IMG/VR virus record: IMGVR_UViG_3300032288_003288
Source: a virus
Length of the DNA stretch: 64,000 bases
Reading direction: 5' to 3' (one strand)
Position 1 is the first letter of the stretch. Every line of letters starts with the position of its first letter. A program made the position numbers and the translations under genes. The notes under the pieces are model-generated. The model did not search any database. It saw only the letters and a program-made list of their open reading frames with translations, and was not told the DNA's origin. This document shows positions 9,244-18,206 of this stretch, piece by piece.

Positions 9244-10906
9244 AGTTGAACATTTCCCGCTTGTCCAAGTCAGAGTTCCAAAACTCATCCTTACGATCGT
9301 TGCTGACCTTGGATAAAGACTCGTTCAAGTCTGTATCGTGTTCATGATCTCCGCTGGAATACATGCCAAACGGCAGCATCTCTTCTTCGAACATCTTTTC
9401 ATTCTGTTCGAATATCTTCTTTCTGATATCAAGATCTGTGATTTCTTTGAGATACGGCTGAGTCGTCAGCCACCCAAAGAGAACGCAGCACATTGCCAAG
9501 TCATCGTGACCTTCTTCAGCCTCGTATGATTGTCCTTTGAGAGAGAATCTCGACAGCTCGTAAATAATGTCGTAGTCTTCGATGATAAACTTGTCTGACT
9601 CTACTAGCGTCTTGAGAGTAGCACAGCCAATTCTCTTGACCTGCTTGGTCGTTCTGACACCTCTGTGTGTCGTTGTGGCAAAACCCCCTGACAGCGATTG
9701 ACCAGCTCTGCCGCTATTGGCAGTTACAAAGACTCCGTCATACTCGATGTCATGATGGAGAATGTCTGCTACCTGTTGTCCTATATCGTTCGTCTCGACT
9801 AGAACTAGAGCTTCGTTGTATTTCTTGGCCACCTCATAGATGACATTGGGAAAGATAAGAGGACTAATGAGATTGTTTCTAAACGTGGCAACGATCTTAT
9901 ATGGGAAAGTATTGACGTTGACCACTATGAATGCGCTGTAGTCTCCTCCAGCGCCTCGAGCAGTATCTACTACCACTGCATATATGATCTTCTCTTCCGG
10001 CTCTTCATAGACCTTAAGACCGAGATCGTTTTGCTGAATAGGTGTACGAAACGTCATGGCAGCCAATTTTCTGGGATTGATCAGCGTATTAGATGATCCC
10101 AAAAACTCGCACTCGAATTCCTGTCTAAACTGATCTTCTGAAGTGTTGGAGATGGTCTCTTCTCTCCATACTTCGTCTCTACCCGGAATCTGTGACCAAT
10201 GAACGTCTACTCGCTCGTACTTATTTCTACCTTCTTCTGAGTCGACCCATATCTTATAGAACATGTTCATGCCGTTGGGAGTCGACGTGATAAGAACCTT
10301 CGTGGTCTGTCCGGACGAAATGGTCGGATATACGGAGGCGAAGAATTCTTCTTGAATATTGTTGGGAACGAATGCAAACTCGTCGAGGTAGACTAGGTTG
10401 AAAGATCCACCGCGAATGGCTGACGATGAGGTGGCAGCTGACAGAATCTCTGAGCCGTTCTCTAACTCGATGTTGCCCTTGTTCCATTGTCTGACGCCCA
10501 TCTGCAACCATTTAGGGAGATGTTCGTACATCAGCTGGATACGAGACAAGATCTCTCGAGCCTGTCTGTCTTTGTTGGCAAGGATAGCGATGCTGTATTG
10601 CTCTGTAAACAGGATCTTCCACAGCATGAAGCCCGCGACAGTGGTCGTCTTACCGACCTGACGAGGCATCTTACAGATGACGTAACGATTGTCTTCAAAC
10701 TTTCTAATCATTTCTTCCTGAAACGGCCACAGTTCGAAGTTGATCAATCCGCGATCGACGTTGACGATCTTACAGTAAGTTTTGATAAAGTAGATCTGAT
10801 CGTTCATGCACCTGAGATACTCCTCCAACTGCTCTGGAGTGTACTCGATTCTTGCATCGGCGCGTTTGAGTTTAGGATTACCTAAGTATGAATCAGCTCT
10901 CGACAT
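9239..10906 (-). CDS. gp17: Terminase large subunit
   Basis: Walker A PRQVGKTT, Walker B LVYLDEFAF, ITSTPNG, nuclease VVDTARG and HDDLAMC. Confidence 0.98.
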   Translation of the reverse strand: MSRADSYLGNPKLKRADARIEYTPEQLEEYLRCMNDQIYFIKTYCKIVNVDRGLINFELWPFQEEMIRKFEDNRYVICKMPRQVGKTTTVAGFMLWKILFTEQYSIAILANKDRQAREILSRIQLMYEHLPKWLQMGVRQWNKGNIELENGSEILSAATSSSAIRGGSFNLVYLDEFAFVPNNIQEEFFASVYPTISSGQTTKVLITSTPNGMNMFYKIWVDSEEGRNKYERVDVHWSQIPGRDEVWREETISNTSEDQFRQEFECEFLGSSNTLINPRKLAAMTFRTPIQQNDLGLKVYEEPEEKIIYAVVVDTARGAGGDYSAFIVVNVNTFPYKIVATFRNNLISPLIFPNVIYEVAKKYNEALVLVETNDIGQQVADILHHDIEYDGVFVTANSGRAGQSLSGGFATTTHRGVRTTKQVKRIGCATLKTLVESDKFIIEDYDIIYELSRFSLKGQSYEAEEGHDDLAMCCVLFGWLTTQPYLKEITDLDIRKKIFEQNEKMFEEEMLPFGMYSSGDHEHDTDLNESLSKVSNDRKDEFWNSDLDKREMFNL

Positions 10907-11291
10907 CTCTGTTCTTCAAATATTTTTGAAGCTCGGCCGTAGATCCAACGAATAGGTTATTCGTTACTTGCTGCGGAGAAGCGTCAGGTTCATTTTCAAG
11001 AAGTTTCTTCTTCTTGGCTTGCAGGTCGAGCAAGTCTTTGCTGGCACCGACCATGGTATTCATAAGTGTAGATAGAACCTCGTATGCTCTTGGGTGTTGG
11101 CTCTGTTTAGCCACATCCATGAGATCGAACAGGGCCGCTTGTCCTTTTGAAATAACGTCCATCAAGTTTTCACGAGCAAACTGAAAATCGTCTTGAACCT
11201 GAGCATCACCGGTAGAATCTTGTTTTTGAAAAGGAACAAGCTCTGTGCTCTTTGCTGGTTCTACGTTCAATACATCGTCTAAATGTTTCAT
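10893..11291 (-). CDS. gp16: Terminase small subunit
   Basis: DDFQFARENL, HPRAYEVL and NNLFVGSTAELQK motifs; overlaps the gp17 start. Confidence 0.93.
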   Translation of the reverse strand: MKHLDDVLNVEPAKSTELVPFQKQDSTGDAQVQDDFQFARENLMDVISKGQAALFDLMDVAKQSQHPRAYEVLSTLMNTMVGASKDLLDLQAKKKKLLENEPDASPQQVTNNLFVGSTAELQKYLKNRDVES

Positions 11292-11300
11292 AACTACCTC

Positions 11301-12152
11301 TTAGGGATCTGTAGTAAAGTCTATGATAAAGGCATAGTCGTCTGTAGGTTGCACTAAACTTCTGTCTATCGCCACAGCAGAATTTGTAGTAGGATCTCCG
11401 TTGGCATCTAATCCAGGAGTCACCTTGACAGTCAGGTCATATTCTATACCCGTGTCATTGTTTATGGCATAGTTGAAGGTTAGTTCGCGATCTACAGCAT
11501 TAAAGTTAGCTTCTACTTGTGTGATTAGCCCGCCTTCTCCCATACCGCTCTTCTGTGTTATGGTCGGACCGAACAGCGCGCCTTTCATAGTAAACTCAAG
11601 AGTCCAGATGATTGCTCTTCTCTGCATGAAGTCGCCTTCATAGCTATCTTCTGTACTAACGCTGTTCAAGATGACTGGGACGTCCAACTTGAAATCGATG
11701 TCTGGCATGATGTTGAGCGTGTTGGTCCACTCAGGCGTAAAGTACGGTAAAATCTGTTCGACTATCTTTGTGCCATCTTCAGCGTTCTTGACCATGATGC
11801 TCAGCTGAAACGTCATGTCATATGGGACTGGTCGGTATTGATATGCTACGCCGTTTGTAAGAAACTTAAAGTCTTTGTTAATAGTAGTTAATTTTCTTTC
11901 AGGAGCATAACGAATGCCTGTCATCTCAAAAGCCATGCGCGGAAGAGTCATGGCAATAGGATTTTGCAGATCGGGATTGCCTTCTAACCTGGCCAAGAAC
12001 TTTTCTTTCGGGCCATAGTTTAGCGGCACCTTAAGAGTCTGTATGTTCTCTCCGCTAGAATTCTTACGATTGATGTACAGGTTGTTGAACAGTGTGCCAA
12101 AATAAATGACATACTTTCTCAGTGTTCCGTGATGCCACGTCTTACCAAACAT
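11301..12152 (-). CDS. gp15: Tail sheath stabilizer / terminator
   Basis: FGTLFNN, VPLNYGPKEKFLARL, LPRMAFE and EQILPYFTP motifs. Confidence 0.95.
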   Translation of the reverse strand: MFGKTWHHGTLRKYVIYFGTLFNNLYINRKNSSGENIQTLKVPLNYGPKEKFLARLEGNPDLQNPIAMTLPRMAFEMTGIRYAPERKLTTINKDFKFLTNGVAYQYRPVPYDMTFQLSIMVKNAEDGTKIVEQILPYFTPEWTNTLNIMPDIDFKLDVPVILNSVSTEDSYEGDFMQRRAIIWTLEFTMKGALFGPTITQKSGMGEGGLITQVEANFNAVDRELTFNYAINNDTGIEYDLTVKVTPGLDANGDPTTNSAVAIDRSLVQPTDDYAFIIDFTTDP

Positions 12153-12886
12153 TAGATAATCCTCTCACTAAACGGGTCGATATCGGTCCAATCGATGATG
12201 TCTTTTGCCACTTGTTCGGTTTGAATCTCGTCGTTGTCTGCAAAAACGTCTTGTGCTTGTGTATCTAAGCTGTATTGTTCTTGAACTATATCGAAACCGT
12301 CTTCGTCTGTGATAACGTCGCCGTCTTCAGTCTTCAGACCAAAAGTCGACATATTGGTCGAGTACTTACGCTCGATGTCATCGATCTCTTTGATGCCTGT
12401 ATTGAGTTTCTCGCCACTGTACTCATAGAGCTCGCATGTCAGATCGTACATCTGCAGAGAACCGAGTTGATAGAAGATGGCCTTATTTTCTACATACTTG
12501 ATGATGAACAGTCGACGCATCATTGTAGAATAGATCAAGTCGCCCTCTTGTGGGCGATCGATAGCCTCTATAGATCCTATATCATTATCAAACGTTCTGA
12601 TTGCCAAAGTAAACGTGGTTTGATCTCTGATCTGCAAGTTAAACTTTGATAAGAAGTTTCCGTCGCCTTCAAACGACTGAAAGTTCTTGATGTACATCTC
12701 TACAAAGTATGCTGAGCGATACTCTGAGACAGGATCTTCGCCGTAGATGTCGTCTTTATTAATCAACGTGCGCGGACAATAGTATACGTCGTGGCCATAG
12801 ATCTTGATAGATTCTATGATCAAGTCTTCGATCAAGATTTGCTCTTGACTATTTCCAAAGTTGTTAAAGAATACTGAAGTCGACAC
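12152..12886 (-). CDS. gp14: Neck protein
   Basis: EDLIIESIKIYGHDVYYCPR and RPQEGDLIY motifs. Confidence 0.94.
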   Translation of the reverse strand: MSTSVFFNNFGNSQEQILIEDLIIESIKIYGHDVYYCPRTLINKDDIYGEDPVSEYRSAYFVEMYIKNFQSFEGDGNFLSKFNLQIRDQTTFTLAIRTFDNDIGSIEAIDRPQEGDLIYSTMMRRLFIIKYVENKAIFYQLGSLQMYDLTCELYEYSGEKLNTGIKEIDDIERKYSTNMSTFGLKTEDGDVITDEDGFDIVQEQYSLDTQAQDVFADNDEIQTEQVAKDIIDWTDIDPFSERII

Positions 12887-12900
12887 AGCGCAATCCTATG

Positions 12901-13644
12901 TTAGCCAATCATATCCATGACCGGGAGCGAGTGTGTATTGATCATCTCTTGCTCCATCTTATCCAATTCGGCTCGAGCATCGTCGAGTATCTTCTCGCCG
13001 TTGAACTGTACTCCGCCGGGCAGAGACAGACCAGAAAACTTGGTCAGATTGGATCCCCACTGGTACTTTATCTTGGCAGTGCAATAATTCTGTAACCAAC
13101 GATCACCCCATGCATCTGTCCAAACATCAGGATCAATGACCTCGTATGCCTGAACGAGGAGAAAGTCTCCAGTTCTCATAGTGGTCCAGTCCATGTCAAT
13201 GTGCAGACGGTCTTTGTGGCGTGAGTAGCGAATCGGTTGCTTGCCGACCAGAAGCTCTGTCAACAGACCGAGGTGTTCCATGACCATGTAGTATGGAATC
13301 AGGGAAATGTTGGTGAGTGTATATAAATCATTAAGGGCAATCTGATAGCGGATGTTAAACAGGTCATCTGTGCGAATGGAAGGATCGCCCATAGAGAACA
13401 CGCTCACTGCACCGATAATATTTTCAGGTAAAGTGATATATTTGTTCGCTTTATCTGTGTCAGTTATCGGATGCTTGTAGTATATTAGTTCAGAGCCATC
13501 GAAGTGATAGTCCCAGTAGTAGCGTAAAGACTCGTCGATGCGATCTTCGATCTGATCATCATCTACGTTGATTTCGATTACTGGCTTGCCGAGTTTTCTC
13601 AGGCAATACTCTTTGAATTCAGATCTACTTGCTGGAACGGCCAT
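12901..13644 (-). CDS. gp13: Neck protein
   Basis: YCLRKLGKPVIEINVDDDQIEDRIDE and KYQWGSNLTKF...LPGGV motifs. Confidence 0.95.
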   Translation of the reverse strand: MAVPASRSEFKEYCLRKLGKPVIEINVDDDQIEDRIDESLRYYWDYHFDGSELIYYKHPITDTDKANKYITLPENIIGAVSVFSMGDPSIRTDDLFNIRYQIALNDLYTLTNISLIPYYMVMEHLGLLTELLVGKQPIRYSRHKDRLHIDMDWTTMRTGDFLLVQAYEVIDPDVWTDAWGDRWLQNYCTAKIKYQWGSNLTKFSGLSLPGGVQFNGEKILDDARAELDKMEQEMINTHSLPVMDMIG

Positions 13645-13660
13645 TATGCACCTCTTTTAC

Positions 13661-13689
13661 TTGTATTTATAATGAGGCAGATATATAGT
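13661..13689 (+). promoter_or_regulatory. Putative sigma70-type promoter for the cupin-kdsA-kdsB operon
   Basis: TTGTAT (13661-13666), 17-nt spacer, TATAGT (13684-13689); 19 nt before the ATG. Confidence 0.5.
13664..13671 (-). promoter_or_regulatory. Late promoter TATAAATA upstream of gp13
   Basis: Exact consensus in the divergent intergenic region. Confidence 0.85.
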
Positions 13690-13708
13690 ATTATGATACG
13701 GAGATAGT

Positions 13709-14053
13709 ATGGGAACCAAATCCGCTAAAGTGTGGGGCACCACAGAGCTGGTGTTGTCAAACTCTCAGTTTGAATTTCACAGAATAGTTTTCAAAAAAGG
13801 TTATAAGTGCTCTGAGCACAAGCACAAGACGAAGTCAAACGGCTTCTTCATCGAATCTGGTTACATGTTGGTCAGAGTCTGGGACGGAGACGACGTCAAC
13901 GAGATTAAGTTAGGGCCAGGAGATTTTACTGCTGTGCCTCCTGGCGTATTTCATCAGTTCGAAGGATTAGCAGACGGCGTGGCCTTCGAGCTTTACTGGG
14001 CAGAGTTCGATCCCAACGACATTGAACGCAGAACGTTAGGATGTAAAGCATAA
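13709..14053 (+). CDS. Cupin-domain protein, sugar(-phosphate) isomerase-like
   Basis: KVWG...CSEHKH...VPPGVFHQF cupin motifs, GGAG SD, and TAATG coupling to kdsA. Confidence 0.7.
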   Translation: MGTKSAKVWGTTELVLSNSQFEFHRIVFKKGYKCSEHKHKTKSNGFFIESGYMLVRVWDGDDVNEIKLGPGDFTAVPPGVFHQFEGLADGVAFELYWAEFDPNDIERRTLGCKA

Positions 14054-14829
14054 TGAGAATCATTGCAGGACCATGCCAGCACGAATCTTTCGAACACTCT
14101 AACATGATCGCAGAGCACTGCTCTACTGTCTGTAAAAAGTATGGTATAGAATACTATTTCAAGGCCAGCTACGACAAGGCCAATCGCAGCAGAATTACTT
14201 CGAAGCGCGGTCAAGGTCTAAAGAACACCATGAAAGACTTTGATCTTTTGAAGGCTGAGATTCCTGGTCTGAAGATTCTCACAGACGTACATGACGTCGA
14301 GCAAGTGTATCTGATCGCAGACGAATACAGCAGATGTGTAGACGTCTTACAGATTCCAGCCTTTCTATGCAGACAGACGGATCTTATCATTGCAGCTTCT
14401 AGCACTAGAAAGATCGTCAACATCAAGAAAGGCCAGTTCGTCGCTCCGTGGGACGTCGAAGACATCCTCGATAAGGCAAAGGATGCCAGAGAAGTTTGGA
14501 TCACCGAGCGTGGCACATGTTTCGGGTACAATCGTTTGGTGGTAGATTTCACTGGCCTAGACTTTATGTTGACCAACTACCCAAATGTGGTGTTCGACGT
14601 TACTCACAGCGTGCAAGAACCCGGCGTAGGAGGCAATAGATCTTTTGTTCCTGGCCTAGCTCGAGCTGCATCAGCCATGGGCGTCAAGAACTTCTTCTTT
14701 GAAGTCCACGACAATCCACCAGAGGCTCCGTCTGACGGAGACAACATGATTTATTTAGAAGACTTCGAAGAGGTCGTAGATATGATAGTAGGGTGTCATT
14801 ATGTCAACAGCGATTATTATCCCAGCTAG
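14053..14829 (+). CDS. kdsA: KDO 8-phosphate synthase (metal-dependent type)
   Basis: IIAGPC, KASYDKANRS, LQIPAFLCRQTDL, NIKKGQF, TERG, FDVTHSVQ and EVHDNP..APSDG. The Cys/His/Glu/Asp metal ligands are present. Confidence 0.95.
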   Translation: MRIIAGPCQHESFEHSNMIAEHCSTVCKKYGIEYYFKASYDKANRSRITSKRGQGLKNTMKDFDLLKAEIPGLKILTDVHDVEQVYLIADEYSRCVDVLQIPAFLCRQTDLIIAASSTRKIVNIKKGQFVAPWDVEDILDKAKDAREVWITERGTCFGYNRLVVDFTGLDFMLTNYPNVVFDVTHSVQEPGVGGNRSFVPGLARAASAMGVKNFFFEVHDNPPEAPSDGDNMIYLEDFEEVVDMIVGCHYVNSDYYPS

Positions 14830-15436
14830 ACTCAAGTCTACACGATTCCCAAATAAGATGCTTGCCGACATGGGAAATGGCAAGACGCTTATTCGTCACG
14901 TAGTCGATAAGTGCTGGTCATTTGGCTACGACGTCTATGTGGCCACAGACAGCGATGAGATTGCCAGAGAAGTTGGCTACAACGTCATCAAGACCAGTAA
15001 GCTGCACGAAAACGGCACGAGTCGTTGCTCTGAGGCCGCAGAGAAGTTGAACTATGATTGCTTCGTCAATGTTCAAGGCGACATGCCGGATATCACTCAA
15101 GAAGTCGTAGATGCAGTTGTAGGAAAATTAGATATTGCCAATGTCTCCACCGCATGCGCCAAGAACAAGTCTTCTGTACATGTTACACATTCCAACGACA
15201 TGGCTCGCTGGTTTAGTCGTCATATTCCATACGGGGACGGGCACTTAGGTGTATACGGTTACACTAAAGAAGCATTAATTCGCTATCGCACTCTCAAAAA
15301 GTTTCCTGAAGAAGACTTAGAAAGCTTAGAGCAGTTACGCTGGCTACAAAATGGAATTGCTGTTGCAGTAGCAAACACTAACTTTAGCGGAATGGAGATC
15401 AATACTCCAGAAGATCTCGCAGCATGGCGAACTTAA
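14801..15436 (+). CDS. kdsB: CMP-KDO synthetase (3-deoxy-manno-octulosonate cytidylyltransferase)
   Basis: IIIPARLKSTRFPNKML, VATD, GTSR, VNVQGD, HLGVYGY, ESLEQLRWL and INTPED motifs. Confidence 0.93.
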   Translation: MSTAIIIPARLKSTRFPNKMLADMGNGKTLIRHVVDKCWSFGYDVYVATDSDEIAREVGYNVIKTSKLHENGTSRCSEAAEKLNYDCFVNVQGDMPDITQEVVDAVVGKLDIANVSTACAKNKSSVHVTHSNDMARWFSRHIPYGDGHLGVYGYTKEALIRYRTLKKFPEEDLESLEQLRWLQNGIAVAVANTNFSGMEINTPEDLAAWRT

Positions 15437-15999
15437 TATTCAGCGGAAAGATAACAGAAGATGAGTTAGCTCGAGTAAGACGTGACATAGATCTTATACG
15501 TCCGCTTATTAAACCTGCAGCGGTTTATGGCAAAAAGAAGACTTACACCGACAAAAGCTTTCGCGACTGTCTAATATATCACCTGAAACAAGAGCAGTCT
15601 CCATTTATCTTCAATTGCCTAAATTCGTATATTTTAGAGCTATATTCTTGGACAGACTTAGATTTGACAGAAATGCCAGAAGTCCAATTTTCTAGATATG
15701 AAAAGGGTGGAAAGTTTAATTGGCACAGAGATGATATCAGAACTGGTAAAGAGAAGATTCGAGGGTTCACCTTTGTCATGAATCTATCTGATCCAGATAG
15801 CTATCGAGGCGGAGAGTTACTGGTTCAAGTAGGAGATCAGCAGTTGGTATTAGACAAGAGTCCTGGATCGTTCATCATCTTTCCTTCCATATTAAGACAC
15901 ATGGCATGTGAGGTAAAGTCTGGAGTCAGAGAGTCTCTAGTGCTTTGGACACATTTTAACAAGCAAGATATTAAATGGATAGAGAAGAACGCAAGCTAA
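15424..15999 (+). CDS. 2OG-Fe(II) oxygenase (prolyl-4-hydroxylase/PKHD-like)
   Basis: Y..GGKFNWHRD, YRGGEL and FPS...H...V.SG.R.SLV.W give the HxD...H triad plus the 2OG-binding Arg. Confidence 0.88.
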   Translation: MANLIFSGKITEDELARVRRDIDLIRPLIKPAAVYGKKKTYTDKSFRDCLIYHLKQEQSPFIFNCLNSYILELYSWTDLDLTEMPEVQFSRYEKGGKFNWHRDDIRTGKEKIRGFTFVMNLSDPDSYRGGELLVQVGDQQLVLDKSPGSFIIFPSILRHMACEVKSGVRESLVLWTHFNKQDIKWIEKNAS

Positions 16000-16670
16000 C
16001 TCTCGGGACTACGTACTATAACAATCCCGAGCATCTAGTTAGGTTTGTAAAAAATCATTTGCCTTACGTCGACGAGCTTATCGTGGTCGACGACGCGTCT
16101 CCTGATCCTGCGATAGATCATCTACCTCAAGATCCAAAGATCAAGCTGTATCGTGTGACCAAGGACTATGGTTTCAATTCACACGGCTGTCGCAATCTTA
16201 TTATGAAAGAGAGTTCGAACGACTGGGTAATCTTGTTAGATGTAGACAGAAACTTTCCTCATGCAGACCATGACATTCCATATCTCAAGCGCCGGCCTCT
16301 GAAAGAAGACACGCTCTATAGATTCATGGCCAACACGATATGGAATCTAAACAAAGGGGCACATGAATCTGTCAATGACTTTATGATCCATCGATCACAC
16401 TTCTTCAGCGCAGGAGGATACGACGAAGAACTTATTGGCGTCAGAGACGGTGATAGACAGTATTTCGAACAGCTTAAGCACTTTGGTACTGAAGAGTTGT
16501 TGCCTCAGATTCATATGTACTTGATGCGGAAGCCGTCTCGCGGCAAAAAAGAACGCTCCCCAAAAGATAAGAAGGGGAGCGCTTACATATATGGAAAGAT
16601 CAGGAGAAGAATGAAGAGACCTGATCCGAACAAACCCATCTTGACCTTTGAATGGACTCAGCTCTTATAG
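15975..16670 (+). CDS. Glycosyltransferase, GT-A fold (GT2 with GT7-like C-terminus)
   Basis: TYYN, LIVVDDAS, RNL, LLDVD (DxD) and GGYDEE motifs. Confidence 0.85.
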   Translation: MDREERKLTLGTTYYNNPEHLVRFVKNHLPYVDELIVVDDASPDPAIDHLPQDPKIKLYRVTKDYGFNSHGCRNLIMKESSNDWVILLDVDRNFPHADHDIPYLKRRPLKEDTLYRFMANTIWNLNKGAHESVNDFMIHRSHFFSAGGYDEELIGVRDGDRQYFEQLKHFGTEELLPQIHMYLMRKPSRGKKERSPKDKKGSAYIYGKIRRRMKRPDPNKPILTFEWTQLL

Positions 16671-17233
16671 ACTACGATTACGTATAGATCTATGATGGTG
16701 GTCTCTTTATCCTTCCTGACATTGTGCCAGATCCAGTTTGTATTGACTCTTACATTCTTGGTCTTACTAGGATATACTTCTATACGATAGTCGCCGACGT
16801 TCTTTATTCTGTCTACGATGATGTCTAGACATTCTTTTCCCATGACATCTTCGATGACGTAGGCATGTTCAAACACGTCACATAGATTTTCGAACGTCTG
16901 AATGATGTGCTTATAGAAGTGTGAACCGTCGTCTATAATGACGTCGTAGTTTCCTAAAATATCTTTGATTGCTGGATCAGTAGAATCGTGTAACACGATC
17001 TTCGCGCCAGATGCTTCTATCGAGGCATCAAACTTTGCATCAGTAATATCCACGCCAGTCAAATCACAGTAAGGGAAAAGAGTGGCCCAAGCGAGCAGCG
17101 AGTGTCCCTTTAGAACGCCCACTTCCAAGATGGATTTAGGCGGATCTACAAAAACCTTCTCATATACTTCGTGATAGTTGTGTGAGCCAGCTTTGTCTGT
17201 CAGACAGGTTTCAAAGACTTCCTTAATCTTCAT
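16658..17233 (-). CDS. Class I SAM-dependent methyltransferase (sugar O-methyltransferase-like)
   Basis: TDK...HNY, ILEVGVLKGHSL, YDVIIDDGSH and YVIEDV motifs. Confidence 0.85.
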   Translation of the reverse strand: MKIKEVFETCLTDKAGSHNYHEVYEKVFVDPPKSILEVGVLKGHSLLAWATLFPYCDLTGVDITDAKFDASIEASGAKIVLHDSTDPAIKDILGNYDVIIDDGSHFYKHIIQTFENLCDVFEHAYVIEDVMGKECLDIIVDRIKNVGDYRIEVYPSKTKNVRVNTNWIWHNVRKDKETTIIDLYVIVVYKS

Positions 17234-18206
17234 GCTTGAAATCGCCTAGATCGAACTTGGTGCCCTTCATCTTATTGATGGCGACCATGTCGTTGTTCTT
17301 CCAGACCAACACTTCGTTGTCCTCATAGAGAAAGTCGCAGTCCTTACAGAATGATACCTCGTCGAATCTCTTCTCGGCATGCATCTGACGAAGCCACTGG
17401 TAGCGTTCACCGTTCCATACTTCCTCAAGTGACTTGCCTTCGAGTGTACCGAGGTCTGCTTCTGCGTCTCGTCCAAGTGTCTGACAACATGGAGCTACAG
17501 TCAACTTGCCGCCGTTGACTCCGCCTGCCCGAACTGTCAGGTCAGGACTAAACGGTCGGCCACAAGTCTTACGCTCGCCTCTGCGCTTATAGTCCACATC
17601 ATAGACGCCAGACCAGTTGTGCATCTTCCAGATCTCAGCTTTCGTGCCGACTCTGTCGATAAAGTTTTTCTGATACTGTTCTACTTCCCAATCTACTTTA
17701 TCGTTGTCCAAGATCAAGTGATACGAGGCCACAGTACAGTCAGCCTCTTTAAGAGCTATATAATTTATCATGTTTTGCGCATTGGAAATTACGTGCTCGA
17801 AAGCGTCACGATCCATCCACTGCTTATACGTCTCGCGATCGTAACCGATGACTGAGAATCTCGCGAGTGCTAGACCGGCATCGACACATTCGCGCATTAA
17901 GTCTCCACGTAGGTTGAATCCATTCGTGTAGATGAAAGGCTTTGCGCCATACTTACGAACGATGGCGATGTATTCGGGCAGATTACGATTCAGTGTAGGT
18001 TCGCCAGATCCTTCAAGATTAACGACGTTTAATCCTGCTGCAGCTGCCTCTGCTACGATACGTTCGAAGTCTTCAAGAGACATTTTCTTGAGCCAGTCTT
18101 TGCCACGACCAGGATTTGTCTGCGGGCACATCTGACAAGAGTAGTTACATCCTCCGTTGATCTCGATGACTGCTCTGTCAATAGACAAAGGTATTGAATA
18201 GCTCAT
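17223..18206 (-). CDS. Radical SAM enzyme with SPASM/twitch auxiliary cluster domain
   Basis: CNYSCQMC (CX3CX2C), GSGEPTL, YTNG and C-terminal CGRPF...PCC...CKDC. Confidence 0.92.
   Translation of the reverse strand: MSYSIPLSIDRAVIEINGGCNYSCQMCPQTNPGRGKDWLKKMSLEDFERIVAEAAAAGLNVVNLEGSGEPTLNRNLPEYIAIVRKYGAKPFIYTNGFNLRGDLMRECVDAGLALARFSVIGYDRETYKQWMDRDAFEHVISNAQNMINYIALKEADCTVASYHLILDNDKVDWEVEQYQKNFIDRVGTKAEIWKMHNWSGVYDVDYKRRGERKTCGRPFSPDLTVRAGGVNGGKLTVAPCCQTLGRDAEADLGTLEGKSLEEVWNGERYQWLRQMHAEKRFDEVSFCKDCDFLYEDNEVLVWKNNDMVAINKMKGTKFDLGDFKHED

Noticed and set aside
9239-10906. Intein or intron in terminase, portal or capsid genes
   Set aside because: Lengths are ordinary and the motifs are contiguous.
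17223-18206. Radical SAM/SPASM enzyme as a classic RiPP maturase
   Set aside because: No short precursor peptide, RRE domain, protease or transporter nearby; the neighbours are sugar enzymes. Action on the Tyr-rich proteins remains possible but unsupported.
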